A program made the position numbers and the translations under genes. Below are positions 21,766 to 30,818 of a stretch of DNA of 64,000 bases, piece by piece. Source of the stretch: an uncultured Verrucomicrobiae bacterium (GTDB taxonomy: Bacteria > Acidobacteriota > Terriglobia > Terriglobales > Acidobacteriaceae); assembly GCA_963716225.1 (NCBI GenBank), contig OY970299.1, positions 777,397 to 841,396 on the forward strand. The letters are read 5' to 3'. Numbering within the stretch: position 1 is the stretch's first letter; each line of letters begins with the position of its first letter. The notes under the pieces are model-generated. The model was given only the letters and a program-made list of their open reading frames with translations, was not told the origin of the DNA and did not search any database.

Positions 21766-22569
21766 TCACCACGCGTTCCGATATCCATCGCGTTCAGTCA
21801 GCGTAATCGGACGCCCAAACAGCTCGCTCAGCCTGGCCTCCGTCAACAGCGCGCTCTTCGCTCCATCCGCCACAATCCTGCCACAGCGCATCATTACCAC
21901 GCGTTGCATCTCCGGCAGAATGTCGGCGATGTGATGCGTGATCATGACTATCGCAATCCCCCGCTGCGCCAGTCCGCGCAGCATCTCGCGCAAGTCATGC
22001 TGCGCGGCAAGATCAAGCGCATTCGAAGGCTCATCCAGCAGCAGCATCTGCACCTCGCCGTCTACGCTCGCGCCGGCGAGTGCGCGGCCGATCATCACCC
22101 TGCGCTGTTGGCCCGCCGACATCTGTCCCACCAGCTTCTCGCGCAATTCGCGCGCGCCCACCAGCTCCAGAATCACCGCCGCGCGCTCGCGCATCGCGTC
22201 CGTTACGTGCAGATTCGGCCACAGGGTCGAGCTCGAAAAAAATCCCGTCACCACCGCATCGAAGCCGGTTGTGTGCAGCGTCGGCTTGCCCGGCAGCTCC
22301 GGGCCCACCACACCCATCCTGCGCTTCAGCTCCGTCAAATCCCAGCGCTCGCGCCCCAGAATTCGCACGCGGGTCTCCGCTGTCACGATCGGATAAAGCT
22401 CGCACGTCATCGTCTTCAGCAGCGTCGACTTTCCGCATCCATTGGGGCCCAATATCACCACGTGCTCGCCGCGATCCACACGCAAATTCAAATCGTGCAG
22501 CACAACGTCTCTTCCGCGTGCCACATGCACGTGCTCCAACTCAATCAGCGCTTGCTGCACGCCGCTCAC
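21766..22569 (-). CDS. Stand-alone ABC ATP-binding protein (ModF-like)
   Basis: GPNGCGKST, MSAGQ, LLLDEP, ITHH motifs. Confidence 0.85.
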   Translation of the reverse strand: MSGVQQALIELEHVHVARGRDVVLHDLNLRVDRGEHVVILGPNGCGKSTLLKTMTCELYPIVTAETRVRILGRERWDLTELKRRMGVVGPELPGKPTLHTTGFDAVVTGFFSSSTLWPNLHVTDAMRERAAVILELVGARELREKLVGQMSAGQQRRVMIGRALAGASVDGEVQMLLLDEPSNALDLAAQHDLREMLRGLAQRGIAIVMITHHIADILPEMQRVVMMRCGRIVADGAKSALLTEARLSELFGRPITLTERDGYRNAW

Positions 22570-23246
22570 CGCGCCCTCGCGAGCACACCCAGGATCCGCA
22601 CACCCGCTTTCACACTCGCCCACGCATTTCCCGACACCTTCGACTCGCCGCCCATCCTGCACCGGTAATCCACTGGAATCTCCTGAATACGCAGGCCCAT
22701 CCGCACCGCTTTGATCTGCATCTCCAGGTTCCACCCATACGTCATCTCGCGCATCTGCATTCGCTCCAGCGTCTCTCTGCGAATGGCGCGGAACGGCCCC
22801 ATATCCGTATAGCGAAACCCATACATCGCCTTCACCAGCGCGCCAATTAATTTAGCCGCAAAGACCTGGCTGCCCAGCAGCGAGCTCGGTTCTGCTCGTC
22901 CGCGCATTCGCGACCCAATCACAAAATCCGCGTCATCGCGCAGAATCGGACTCACAATCTCATCCATTGCACTCACATCATCCGACCCATCACCATCCAG
23001 AAACACCAGCACATCGCTCGACGCAATCGCAGCCTTCGCTCCGGCCGCGCACGCCGCCCCGTACCCGCGCGCCGAGCTCACCACCCGCGCACCTGCAGCG
23101 CGCGCCACATCGGCAGTCGCATCGGTGGATCCGTTGTCCACTACAACGCACTCGGCAACGTCGCACTGCAGCACAGAACGCACGACGGTCGCAATCGCCT
23201 CCGCTTCATTCAGTGCCGGAATCACGACCGAAACCCTAGACTGCAT
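22566..23246 (-). CDS. Family 2 glycosyltransferase (polyprenol-phosphate glycosyl synthase-like)
   Basis: VIPALNE, DNGSTD, FLDGDGS, VIGSR, GPFRAI motifs. Confidence 0.85.
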   Translation of the reverse strand: MQSRVSVVIPALNEAEAIATVVRSVLQCDVAECVVVDNGSTDATADVARAAGARVVSSARGYGAACAAGAKAAIASSDVLVFLDGDGSDDVSAMDEIVSPILRDDADFVIGSRMRGRAEPSSLLGSQVFAAKLIGALVKAMYGFRYTDMGPFRAIRRETLERMQMREMTYGWNLEMQIKAVRMGLRIQEIPVDYRCRMGGESKVSGNAWASVKAGVRILGVLARAR

Positions 23247-24630
23247 GGCGCTGCGCCCGCGCATCGAACCACCGCCACACGCGCCAATGTCCGCACACTG
23301 CTCCCACAACCATCGCGATCAACACCACCGCATACATGCGCTCGTTCAGCAGAAACATCGCCGGCCCTGGCACGGCCAGCGCGGTTGTGAACAGATAAAA
23401 GAAGCTGACCACATACGCCAGCACCGGCAACTCCGGGATAAGCGGCAGAAACACAACGAGCCACGCGATGTACCACGGATAGTGCGGCGAAAACTCGAGC
23501 ATGAGTGCGAACGCCAGCATCAGCGCGGCGCCCACGTAGGCGGGATGCTTGTGCCGCGCGCCGCGTCCCAGCCTCTCGCGCGATGCATGCCGCCACGCCC
23601 ACCAGCAGATCCCCAGCATCACGACCGCACACGCCGCAACATAGATCGTCTTGCTGAACCACGCCATACCCGGCAAGCGCTGCACCCAATCCAGCACAAA
23701 ATAACGCGTCCCCGTGTCCAGCCCTTCCTCGTTCGCATAGCCAGCGAGGAATCCAAACACCAGCTTCCCCACGGGCGCATACACCGCATAACCTGCCGCA
23801 CATGCTGCCACGACAGTCACCGGCATCTTCCAATCACGCCTCTGCCATAAAGCCGGCAGCAGCACCAGCGGATAAAACTTCGTCATAACCGCGAGCCCCA
23901 GAAACAAGCCAGTCAGCACCGGCTGCTCGCGATAGCGGAACAGCAGTGCCAGCGCGACAAACCCCATGATCACCGCGTCCACATGCCCCGCCGCGCCAAT
24001 TTCCCACACCAGCAGCGGACACCACGCATACAGCAGCACATCCGTCGTGCGCCTTCCCATCAACCTCAGCAGCGCGATCAGCGCACACGCCGTCACACAC
24101 TCAAATCCAAACATTGCGATCTTCATCGCCTGCACCGTCGGCGAAAAGAGCGTAATGAGCCAATAGATCATCTGCGCGATCGGCGGATAGATCGTGTGCG
24201 CATACTCCTTGCGATTGATGTGCTCGTAAATGCCGGGATATCTCTGCTGCAGCGCCGCGAGCGCGTGGTCAGCGGGCACATACCGGTACGGACTGATATG
24301 CCCATGCTGCACAATGCCGTCCCACACGTAGCGGTAAATGTCAGTCGAAAGAGACGGCGGCTGAAACAGCACTACAGCCCGCATGGCCACCGCGAATCCC
24401 AGCACGATCCACAACGTCGCGCGATTCACCGGCTGCGTCAGCACAATCGAGATTGCCGCGACGTACAGCACGTCGCTCCAGCCAGACACGCCCGAGAAGC
24501 CGATGTGAAACCGCTGCTGTTCCGCAAGAAACTGGCGCGCCATCAGCACCAGCCCGATGCCCAGCGCGCACAACACAAGATTGGTGAACCAAGCGCGCCC
24601 CCCACGCCATTGCTGCAACTCTGCCGTCAT
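23236..24630 (-). CDS. Multi-TM GT-C fold glycosyltransferase (GT87/DUF2029-like)
   Basis: STDIYRYVWDG, TIYPP, GHVD, KFYP, HYPWY motifs; many TM helices. Confidence 0.75.
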   Translation of the reverse strand: MTAELQQWRGGRAWFTNLVLCALGIGLVLMARQFLAEQQRFHIGFSGVSGWSDVLYVAAISIVLTQPVNRATLWIVLGFAVAMRAVVLFQPPSLSTDIYRYVWDGIVQHGHISPYRYVPADHALAALQQRYPGIYEHINRKEYAHTIYPPIAQMIYWLITLFSPTVQAMKIAMFGFECVTACALIALLRLMGRRTTDVLLYAWCPLLVWEIGAAGHVDAVIMGFVALALLFRYREQPVLTGLFLGLAVMTKFYPLVLLPALWQRRDWKMPVTVVAACAAGYAVYAPVGKLVFGFLAGYANEEGLDTGTRYFVLDWVQRLPGMAWFSKTIYVAACAVVMLGICWWAWRHASRERLGRGARHKHPAYVGAALMLAFALMLEFSPHYPWYIAWLVVFLPLIPELPVLAYVVSFFYLFTTALAVPGPAMFLLNERMYAVVLIAMVVGAVCGHWRVWRWFDARAQRHAV

Positions 24631-25379
24631 CGCGCCGCACGCTCCCGCAGGAAATCGCGCGTCCAGCGCGCGTCATACCCACTCACCTGGGCAAACGCCG
24701 GCTGCGCGCCGCGCAACAACTCATGCTTCAGCAGTTCCAGCGTCCGCGCGTCATCCACGTCGTACCACTTCGGTAATTCGATCAGCTCCAGCCCCGCCTC
24801 CCGCACACGCTCCACAGTCTCCGCATACACACGCGGCGTGCTCCAAGTGATGCATTCGAACAGCCGCGCGTCCGCACGCTTCAATCCAATCAGGTAGTAG
24901 CCTCCGTCCTGCGACGGCCCGAGCACCACACGATCGATCCCGCGGCCCAGCGCATCGACGGCAGCTCGCAGCGCACTCGCCGGCACGGTCGGTGAATCCG
25001 AATCGATCAGGCACACTGCACCGAAGCCGCAACTGAGAATGTCCTGCGCTGCATTCAACAAGCGCTCGCCGAATCCATCGCCTCGCTGCGCAATCAACCC
25101 AAAACACTCCGGAAGCAATCCATCGAACGCCGCTTCATCGCCCACAGGCGTGTAGCACACCAGACCCTGAGCTCCGCCCTGATCCACGATCGCCGCAATG
25201 TTCTCCGCCGTGTCGCGAAGAAAGCATACATTCAGCGCCGCCGCTTCCTCCGCGCTCAGCGGCGGCTGCAACCGTGTCTTGACACTGCCCGCGCGCGGCG
25301 CCTTCGCCATCACGGCCAATGCACAAATATCCGTCAGCCCCGGCCGGCGCACTCCACGCTCTAGAATTTTCAAAGCCAC
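24627..25379 (-). CDS. DUF2064/TIGR04282 family CofC-like transferase
   Basis: AKAPxxGxVKTRL, QRGDGFGERL, DSP, GPSQDGGYYLIG, WST, DVD motifs. Confidence 0.85.
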   Translation of the reverse strand: MALKILERGVRRPGLTDICALAVMAKAPRAGSVKTRLQPPLSAEEAAALNVCFLRDTAENIAAIVDQGGAQGLVCYTPVGDEAAFDGLLPECFGLIAQRGDGFGERLLNAAQDILSCGFGAVCLIDSDSPTVPASALRAAVDALGRGIDRVVLGPSQDGGYYLIGLKRADARLFECITWSTPRVYAETVERVREAGLELIELPKWYDVDDARTLELLKHELLRGAQPAFAQVSGYDARWTRDFLRERAAR

Positions 25380-25483
25380 GACTCCCGCTCATCTCACCGC
25401 AGCCACAGTCTACCCGTCTTATTTAGCCCTGCCGCCCGGCCCACCCGTTTGCCGGCACCTCTTTTCGATGTCATCCTCAATTA

Positions 25484-25951
25484 ATGCGCTCTCACCCGCT
25501 GGCCTTCGCAAGGCTCGCAGCTCTCGCCGTCACTCTCTTCCTCACGCTCTCCGTGCACGCACAGGAGTCCGGCCCGTGGCGCGCCTCCAGTTCCAACGCC
25601 AAGGCCATCACCGGCGACGTCGCCTTCTCTCCAACCAAGATCATCATCAACTTCATCCCGTTCACGATCGCACAGATCCGTTCGCTCCAAACCCAGGAGG
25701 CCGTCGCGCTGTTCAACCCTGACACTCCCACCGGTGGCGGCAACATCTTTCGCGTCGACATCCCGGCCGACAATCGCTTCCTCCACAAAAACACGCTCTG
25801 CGGCTCCGACGACACGCAATGGATCGTCACCTACGCCCAGGGCCGCACGCTGGAGGTCGCCTTCTTCTCCGGCGCGACTCCGCCGGTCCTCACCTTCGAC
25901 GCGCTGAACAACGCCAGCAATCTCTGCGGAGTCTTCAACTACATCCGCTAG
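25484..25951 (+). CDS. Hypothetical secreted protein
   Basis: Signal peptide ending VHA; two Cys. Confidence 0.7.
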   Translation: MRSHPLAFARLAALAVTLFLTLSVHAQESGPWRASSSNAKAITGDVAFSPTKIIINFIPFTIAQIRSLQTQEAVALFNPDTPTGGGNIFRVDIPADNRFLHKNTLCGSDDTQWIVTYAQGRTLEVAFFSGATPPVLTFDALNNASNLCGVFNYIR

Positions 25952-26033
25952 TCTTCAACTACATTCGCTAGGCCTCAACTACATTCGCTAGGCCTCAACT
26001 ACATCCCCTAGCCTTCAACTACATTCGCTAGCC
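25931..26033 (+). repeat. Five tandem 20-bp repeats, consensus GYCTTCAACTACATTCGCTA
   Basis: Units start at 25931, 25951, 25971, 25991 and 26011. Confidence 0.95.
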
Positions 26034-26046
26034 ACGCGCGCACTTC

Positions 26047-26664
26047 CTACTCTTCGAAGCTGCGGTTCCATCGCGCAATCACCCGGGTCTCACGCTCGAA
26101 GCCGAGCACGCTCAAACTGCCGGTGCCCAGCGCGAACTTCGCTCCATTCACCGCCGGCAGTCCAATCCATCGCACCGCCAGAATCCGCAGAATATGCGCG
26201 TGCGCAAACAGCGCCACCTGATGTGATTTCCCCGCGTGCGGGCCAATCGCCACAGCCGCGAGCGCCCGCGCAATCACCTTGTCCGCGCGCTCTCCCACCG
26301 CGTCCACGGTTTCTCCGCCGACCATTTCATTTGTCCACACACTCCAGTCGGACCCGTACTTGGCCCGCATTTCAGCGGTCGTCTTGCCTTCGCTCTCGCC
26401 GTAGTTCCACTCCATAAGATTCTGGTCGACGATCGCCACATTGGCATAACCGGCAATCTCGCACGTCTCCTTCGCGCGCTGCATCGGGCTCACAAACACC
26501 GCCGCGAACTTACGCCCGGCCAGGTAATCTCTCAGCTCCCGCGCGCGCTCGCGTCCGTGGTCCGTCAGCGGAATATCTGTCGTGCTCGTGTGCCGCCCGT
26601 CCGCCGACCACTCCGTCTCTCCATGCCGCACCAGCCATAACTCCACCTTCGCCTCATCGCTCAT
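26047..26664 (-). CDS. Histidine phosphatase (phosphoglycerate mutase-like)
   Basis: RHGETEWS, SPMQRA, EWNYG, AHAH motifs. Confidence 0.9.
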   Translation of the reverse strand: MSDEAKVELWLVRHGETEWSADGRHTSTTDIPLTDHGRERARELRDYLAGRKFAAVFVSPMQRAKETCEIAGYANVAIVDQNLMEWNYGESEGKTTAEMRAKYGSDWSVWTNEMVGGETVDAVGERADKVIARALAAVAIGPHAGKSHQVALFAHAHILRILAVRWIGLPAVNGAKFALGTGSLSVLGFERETRVIARWNRSFEE

Positions 26665-26744
26665 TCGCCCATTCTATCGATCGCGTTTCACCCGGCTGCG
26701 ATACCCTGTTCACGCCATCGCAGACCCGCCCACAGGAGCAGCTC

Positions 26745-27971
26745 ATGCCTTCGACCGTGTGCATCATCGGCGGCGGCCCCGCCGGAATCATGCTCGCCCT
26801 TCTGCTTGCGCGCGCCGGCGTGCCCGTCACGGTTCTTGAAAAGCACCCCGATTTCTTCCGCGACTTCCGCGGCGACACCATCCATCCCTCCACGCTCGAG
26901 CTGCTCTACGAGCTCAATCTCCTCGACCGCTTCCTCACCCTGCCGCACTCCCGCATCGAAACCCTCGCCGTCAACATGGGCGGCCGCTCACTCCCGCTGC
27001 CCGACTTCACCCACCTCCCTGTGCACGCGCGCTACATCGCGCTGATGCCCCAATGGGACTTCCTCAACTTCCTCTCCGCCGAAGCCAAAAAGTACCCCGC
27101 GTTCAATCTGCTCATGAGCACGGAAGCGACGGGACTTCTTGAACAGCCCAGCCCACACGGGCCCATCATCACGGGCGTGCGCGCCAGCTCACCGCAAGGG
27201 CCCATCGAAATCCCCGCCGACCTAACCGTTGGCTGCGACGGCCGCCACGCGCTCTCACGCACCGCCGCGCATCTCGCACTCATCGACGAAGGCGTTCCCA
27301 TCGACGTCCTCTGGTTCCGTCTCGCACGCCAGCCGGATGACCCCGAGAACGCGCTCGGCTACATCGATCGCGGCCGCATCATGATCCTCATCAACCGCAA
27401 CGACTACTTCCAGTGCGGCTACATCATTCGCAAAGGAGACTTTGCCACCATCCAGCAGCGCGGACTCGACGCATTCCGGCACGACCTCGAAGAACTCGTC
27501 CCGTTCCTCCGCAGCCGCACTTCCGAGCTCGACAGCTTCGACAAGATCAAGCTCCTCACCGTGCAGGTCAATCACCTCGTACGCTGGGCCATGCCCGGCC
27601 TGCTCTGCATTGGCGACGCCGCACACGCCATGTCGCCGGTCGGCGGCATCGGCATCAACATCGCGTTGCAGGACGCCGTCGCGGCCGCCAACCTTCTCTA
27701 CGCCCCGCTGCTCCGCGGCGATCTGACCCTGCACGACCTGCTCGCCGTACAAACCCTGCGCGCCTCCGCCGTACACAACACGCAGCGCTTCCAGGTATTC
27801 GCCCACTCGGTCGTCACGCGCGTCCTCGGCAACCCAAAGCCCATGCACGCTCCGCTGTGGCTCCGCGCCGCCTCTGCAACTCCGATGATCCGCCACGCCA
27901 TGGGCCGCTTCATCGGCATGGGCCTGCAGCCGCAACACATCGAAACACCGGACCACTTCGCCAGTCTCTGA
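26745..27971 (+). CDS. FAD-dependent monooxygenase-like oxidoreductase
   Basis: GGGPAG, CDG, IGDAAHAMSPVGGIGINIALQDA motifs. Confidence 0.88.
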   Translation: MPSTVCIIGGGPAGIMLALLLARAGVPVTVLEKHPDFFRDFRGDTIHPSTLELLYELNLLDRFLTLPHSRIETLAVNMGGRSLPLPDFTHLPVHARYIALMPQWDFLNFLSAEAKKYPAFNLLMSTEATGLLEQPSPHGPIITGVRASSPQGPIEIPADLTVGCDGRHALSRTAAHLALIDEGVPIDVLWFRLARQPDDPENALGYIDRGRIMILINRNDYFQCGYIIRKGDFATIQQRGLDAFRHDLEELVPFLRSRTSELDSFDKIKLLTVQVNHLVRWAMPGLLCIGDAAHAMSPVGGIGINIALQDAVAAANLLYAPLLRGDLTLHDLLAVQTLRASAVHNTQRFQVFAHSVVTRVLGNPKPMHAPLWLRAASATPMIRHAMGRFIGMGLQPQHIETPDHFASL

Positions 27972-28033
27972 ATCGGCATTCATCGCATCCCGATTGCTGC
28001 TTCACACTCGCTCACGCGTGCTATCCTCCCCGC

Positions 28034-28828
28034 GTGCCCACCACCCTCGAAGTTTCGGGCCAAACCTCGCGCACTACATCCAGCCGCCACTCGCTGCTCG
28101 TGCGCATCACTCATTGGCTGACCTTCCTCGCCTGTATCGCGCTTCTCCTCACCGGCATCGAGATCCTCATCTCGCACCCGCGCTTCTACTGGGGCGAAAC
28201 CGGAAACGTGAACACGCCCGCACTGTTCTCCTTCCACATCCCCTCCTCGCGAGGCTCCGTGCCAACCGGCTACGGCTACGTCCTTCCGGATCAGAACGGC
28301 TGGAGCCGCTATCTGCATTTCGAAGCCGCCTGGCTGCTCGTCATCACCGGCGCTGTTTATCTCATCTATCTGGTCGCCACTGGCCACCTCCGCCGCAACT
28401 TGTTCCCCACGCGCGAGCAGCGCTCACTTAGCGCCTACACCAGTCGCATCGGCCACTACCTGCGCGGCGCGCGGCCCGATCCAGCCGAGCTCCACACCTA
28501 CAACGTCCTGCAGCGCAGTTCCTATGTGGCCGTCATTTTCGTTCTCTTCCCGCTCATGATCTGGACCGGCCTCGCAATGTCGCCCGCATTCACAGCCGCG
28601 TTCCCCTTCACATCATCTCTGCTCGGCGGCCGCCAGTCCGCGCGCACCATTCATCTGTTTCTCACCTTCGCGCTCGTTCTCTTCGTCATCGTTCATGTCG
28701 CCATGGTGGCGCTCACCGGCTTCCGCGCTCGCATGCGCGCCATCACTCTCGGAACATCTCAGCCCTCTGGAAACGTCACCGGATCGGAAGCGCATCTCGA
28801 TGACGCTCCGGTGAAGGTGCTCCCATGA
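28034..28828 (+). CDS. Cytochrome b/b6 domain membrane protein (Ni/Fe-hydrogenase cyt b-like)
   Basis: RITHW, LHF, YNVLQR, WTGL, ARTIH, IVH heme-ligand histidines. Confidence 0.8.
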   Translation: MPTTLEVSGQTSRTTSSRHSLLVRITHWLTFLACIALLLTGIEILISHPRFYWGETGNVNTPALFSFHIPSSRGSVPTGYGYVLPDQNGWSRYLHFEAAWLLVITGAVYLIYLVATGHLRRNLFPTREQRSLSAYTSRIGHYLRGARPDPAELHTYNVLQRSSYVAVIFVLFPLMIWTGLAMSPAFTAAFPFTSSLLGGRQSARTIHLFLTFALVLFVIVHVAMVALTGFRARMRAITLGTSQPSGNVTGSEAHLDDAPVKVLP

Positions 28829-29580
28829 ACGCCCTCACCCGCCGCAAGCTCCTCACCACCGGCACCGCAGCCCTCGCGGGCGCCACCGGGCTCGCGACCG
28901 CCGCACGCCTCGCTGAAAAGTACGGCCTCATCGCTCCCGATCACGGCAGCCTCTATGGCGCTGGCGAGACCCTCACCTACGCGTGCCAGCGCATCCTCAC
29001 CCAGCACCGCCCCATGCGGGAGTTTCCGCGCAGCATGATCTCCACGCCGTTCGTCAGCCCTTATGGGAAACTGCCGCCCGCCTTCGCCGCCTCACAGTCC
29101 AACAACTTTGCCGACTGGCGTCTCACCGTCGACGGCCTCGTCACTCACCCGCTCTCGCTCTCCGTCGCAGACCTTCGCGCGCTCGCCACACGCAGCCAGA
29201 TCACCGAGATCGCCTGCGAAGAGGGCTGGTCCTACATCGCCGAGTGGATTGGCACGCCGCTCTCGCTCGTCCTGCGCGAAGCCGGCATCAAGCCCGAAGC
29301 TCGTTACGTCGCCTACTTCGGCATTCAGGATGGGCTGTGGGACAGCCTCGACCTGCCCGAAGCGAATCACCCCGGCACCCTGCTCACGTGGGGCATGAAT
29401 GGCGGCGACCTGCCCATTGACTACGGCGCGCCGTTGCGGCTTCGCGTTCCGCGCCAGATCGGCTACAAGAGCCTGAAGTTCCTCACTCGCATCACCGTCA
29501 CCGACTCTCTCAAGCACGTCGGCAAAGGCCTGGGTTCGTCGAACGCCGACGACGGCTACGCCTGGTACGCGGGCATCTAG
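28825..29580 (+). CDS. MsrP/YedY-like molybdopterin oxidoreductase (sulfite oxidase family)
   Basis: RRKLL Tat-like signal, CEEGWS, YGAPLRLRVP, GYKSLK motifs. Confidence 0.85.
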   Translation: MNALTRRKLLTTGTAALAGATGLATAARLAEKYGLIAPDHGSLYGAGETLTYACQRILTQHRPMREFPRSMISTPFVSPYGKLPPAFAASQSNNFADWRLTVDGLVTHPLSLSVADLRALATRSQITEIACEEGWSYIAEWIGTPLSLVLREAGIKPEARYVAYFGIQDGLWDSLDLPEANHPGTLLTWGMNGGDLPIDYGAPLRLRVPRQIGYKSLKFLTRITVTDSLKHVGKGLGSSNADDGYAWYAGI

Positions 29581-29598
29581 TCTGACCAACCGCGCGCT

Positions 29599-30282
29599 TC
29601 ACAGCGCCACACGCAACCGTCTCCACAACTCGCGTCTGCCATCCAACGTCATCCGCACAGCGCGTGTGCTCTTCGAGGGCACAATCCAGCGCAGCTCAAC
29701 AAATCTTCTGTACATCGCGACACCCGCCGCGCCGGCCACATGCGGCCGCCGCTCCGTCCAGTCGATGCACTGTCGCGCAATCTTCGCATCCGCAGTCTCG
29801 GCGCGTGGCACAGCAACACCGATCTCCTGAAACCACTCACGGCCTCGCTCCGTCACGGCGAACGCTCTTTGAGCCGCCGGCAGCAACAGCCCATTTGCCT
29901 GCAGAGCATCGGCAATCTCCACTCCCACCCATCCCGCAAGGTGCGCATAACACGTACGCGCGTGCTCGATCGTGCCCGCCGCGGGCATCTGTCGCCGCTC
30001 CTTTGGCCGCGCCCCGCTCGAGAGCACCATCAACGCTTCCACGGCGGCTGCGACGTCCGTGCTCGCCAGCCGGTAGTAGCGGTTCCGTCCCTGCCGCTCG
30101 ACACGCAGAAATCGTCCTTCCACGAACCTCGCCAGATGGCCGCTCGCTGTCTGAGCAGACACATTGGCCGCGCGTGCAAGCTCACCTGCCGGCAGCGCGC
30201 GCCCATGCATCAACTCCAGCAGCATCGCCGCCCTCGCTGGTTCAGCAATCAGGTTTGCCGCCACGGCCAATCCATCATCCAT
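29599..30282 (-). CDS. ArsR-family transcriptional regulator with C-terminal extension
   Basis: AGELARAANVSAQTASGHL, QGRNRYYRL, RTCYAHLAG, CIDWTERRPH motifs. Confidence 0.85.
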   Translation of the reverse strand: MDDGLAVAANLIAEPARAAMLLELMHGRALPAGELARAANVSAQTASGHLARFVEGRFLRVERQGRNRYYRLASTDVAAAVEALMVLSSGARPKERRQMPAAGTIEHARTCYAHLAGWVGVEIADALQANGLLLPAAQRAFAVTERGREWFQEIGVAVPRAETADAKIARQCIDWTERRPHVAGAAGVAMYRRFVELRWIVPSKSTRAVRMTLDGRRELWRRLRVAL

Positions 30283-30312
30283 GCCAAACAGTATCGTCTC
30301 TTTTTCACATGA

Positions 30313-30336
30313 ATACTTCGGGCTGTGCCGAACTAT
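30313..30336. promoter_or_regulatory. Candidate operator of the ArsR-type regulator
   Basis: ATACTTCG-N8-CGAACTAT inverted repeat (7/8 match) in the divergent intergenic gap. Confidence 0.5.
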
Positions 30337-30377
30337 CTTCGCCACACTTCAGTGTCTACTTCCTGCAGGAGAACTCC

Positions 30378-30704
30378 ATGTACACGCTGTTCCTGCGCTA
30401 CACGCTTGACCCCAACAAGCTCGCCGACTGGAAGGCTTACGTCCAAGCCGAGATCGCCCCCATCGCCGAAGCCGGCGGCAAATCCATCGCCTACTTCGCG
30501 CCTACCGACTTCGCCGGTGACACCGCCGAAGCCATCGCAACCATCGAGGTCGGTACCATGGCCGACTACGAGACCTACCGCGCCAGGCTCGCCGAAATCC
30601 CGAAGCATAAGGAGAACGCCGCAAAGCTGCAGGCGTCCGGCGTCATCCGCTCGATTTACCGAGCCATCCTCCAGCGCGTCGATCCCGCACAGGCCGCCGG
30701 ATGA
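30378..30704 (+). CDS. NIPSNAP-like small protein
   Basis: RYTLDPNK...YFAP...ADYETYR pattern; divergent from the ArsR-type gene. Confidence 0.7.
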   Translation: MYTLFLRYTLDPNKLADWKAYVQAEIAPIAEAGGKSIAYFAPTDFAGDTAEAIATIEVGTMADYETYRARLAEIPKHKENAAKLQASGVIRSIYRAILQRVDPAQAAG

Positions 30705-30818
30705 TTCCGGTGTTTCCGCCCGGGCACATCAAAACTCGCCGCACGTTCCGTTCGCATGATCACAGCGCCGTGTCTTGCCGTCATCGACGCGTCATTTTTA
30801 TCTGTTAGCTTCACTGCT

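Noticed and set aside
25931-26033. Possible CRISPR array
   Set aside because: Units are contiguous with no spacers, and no cas genes are present.
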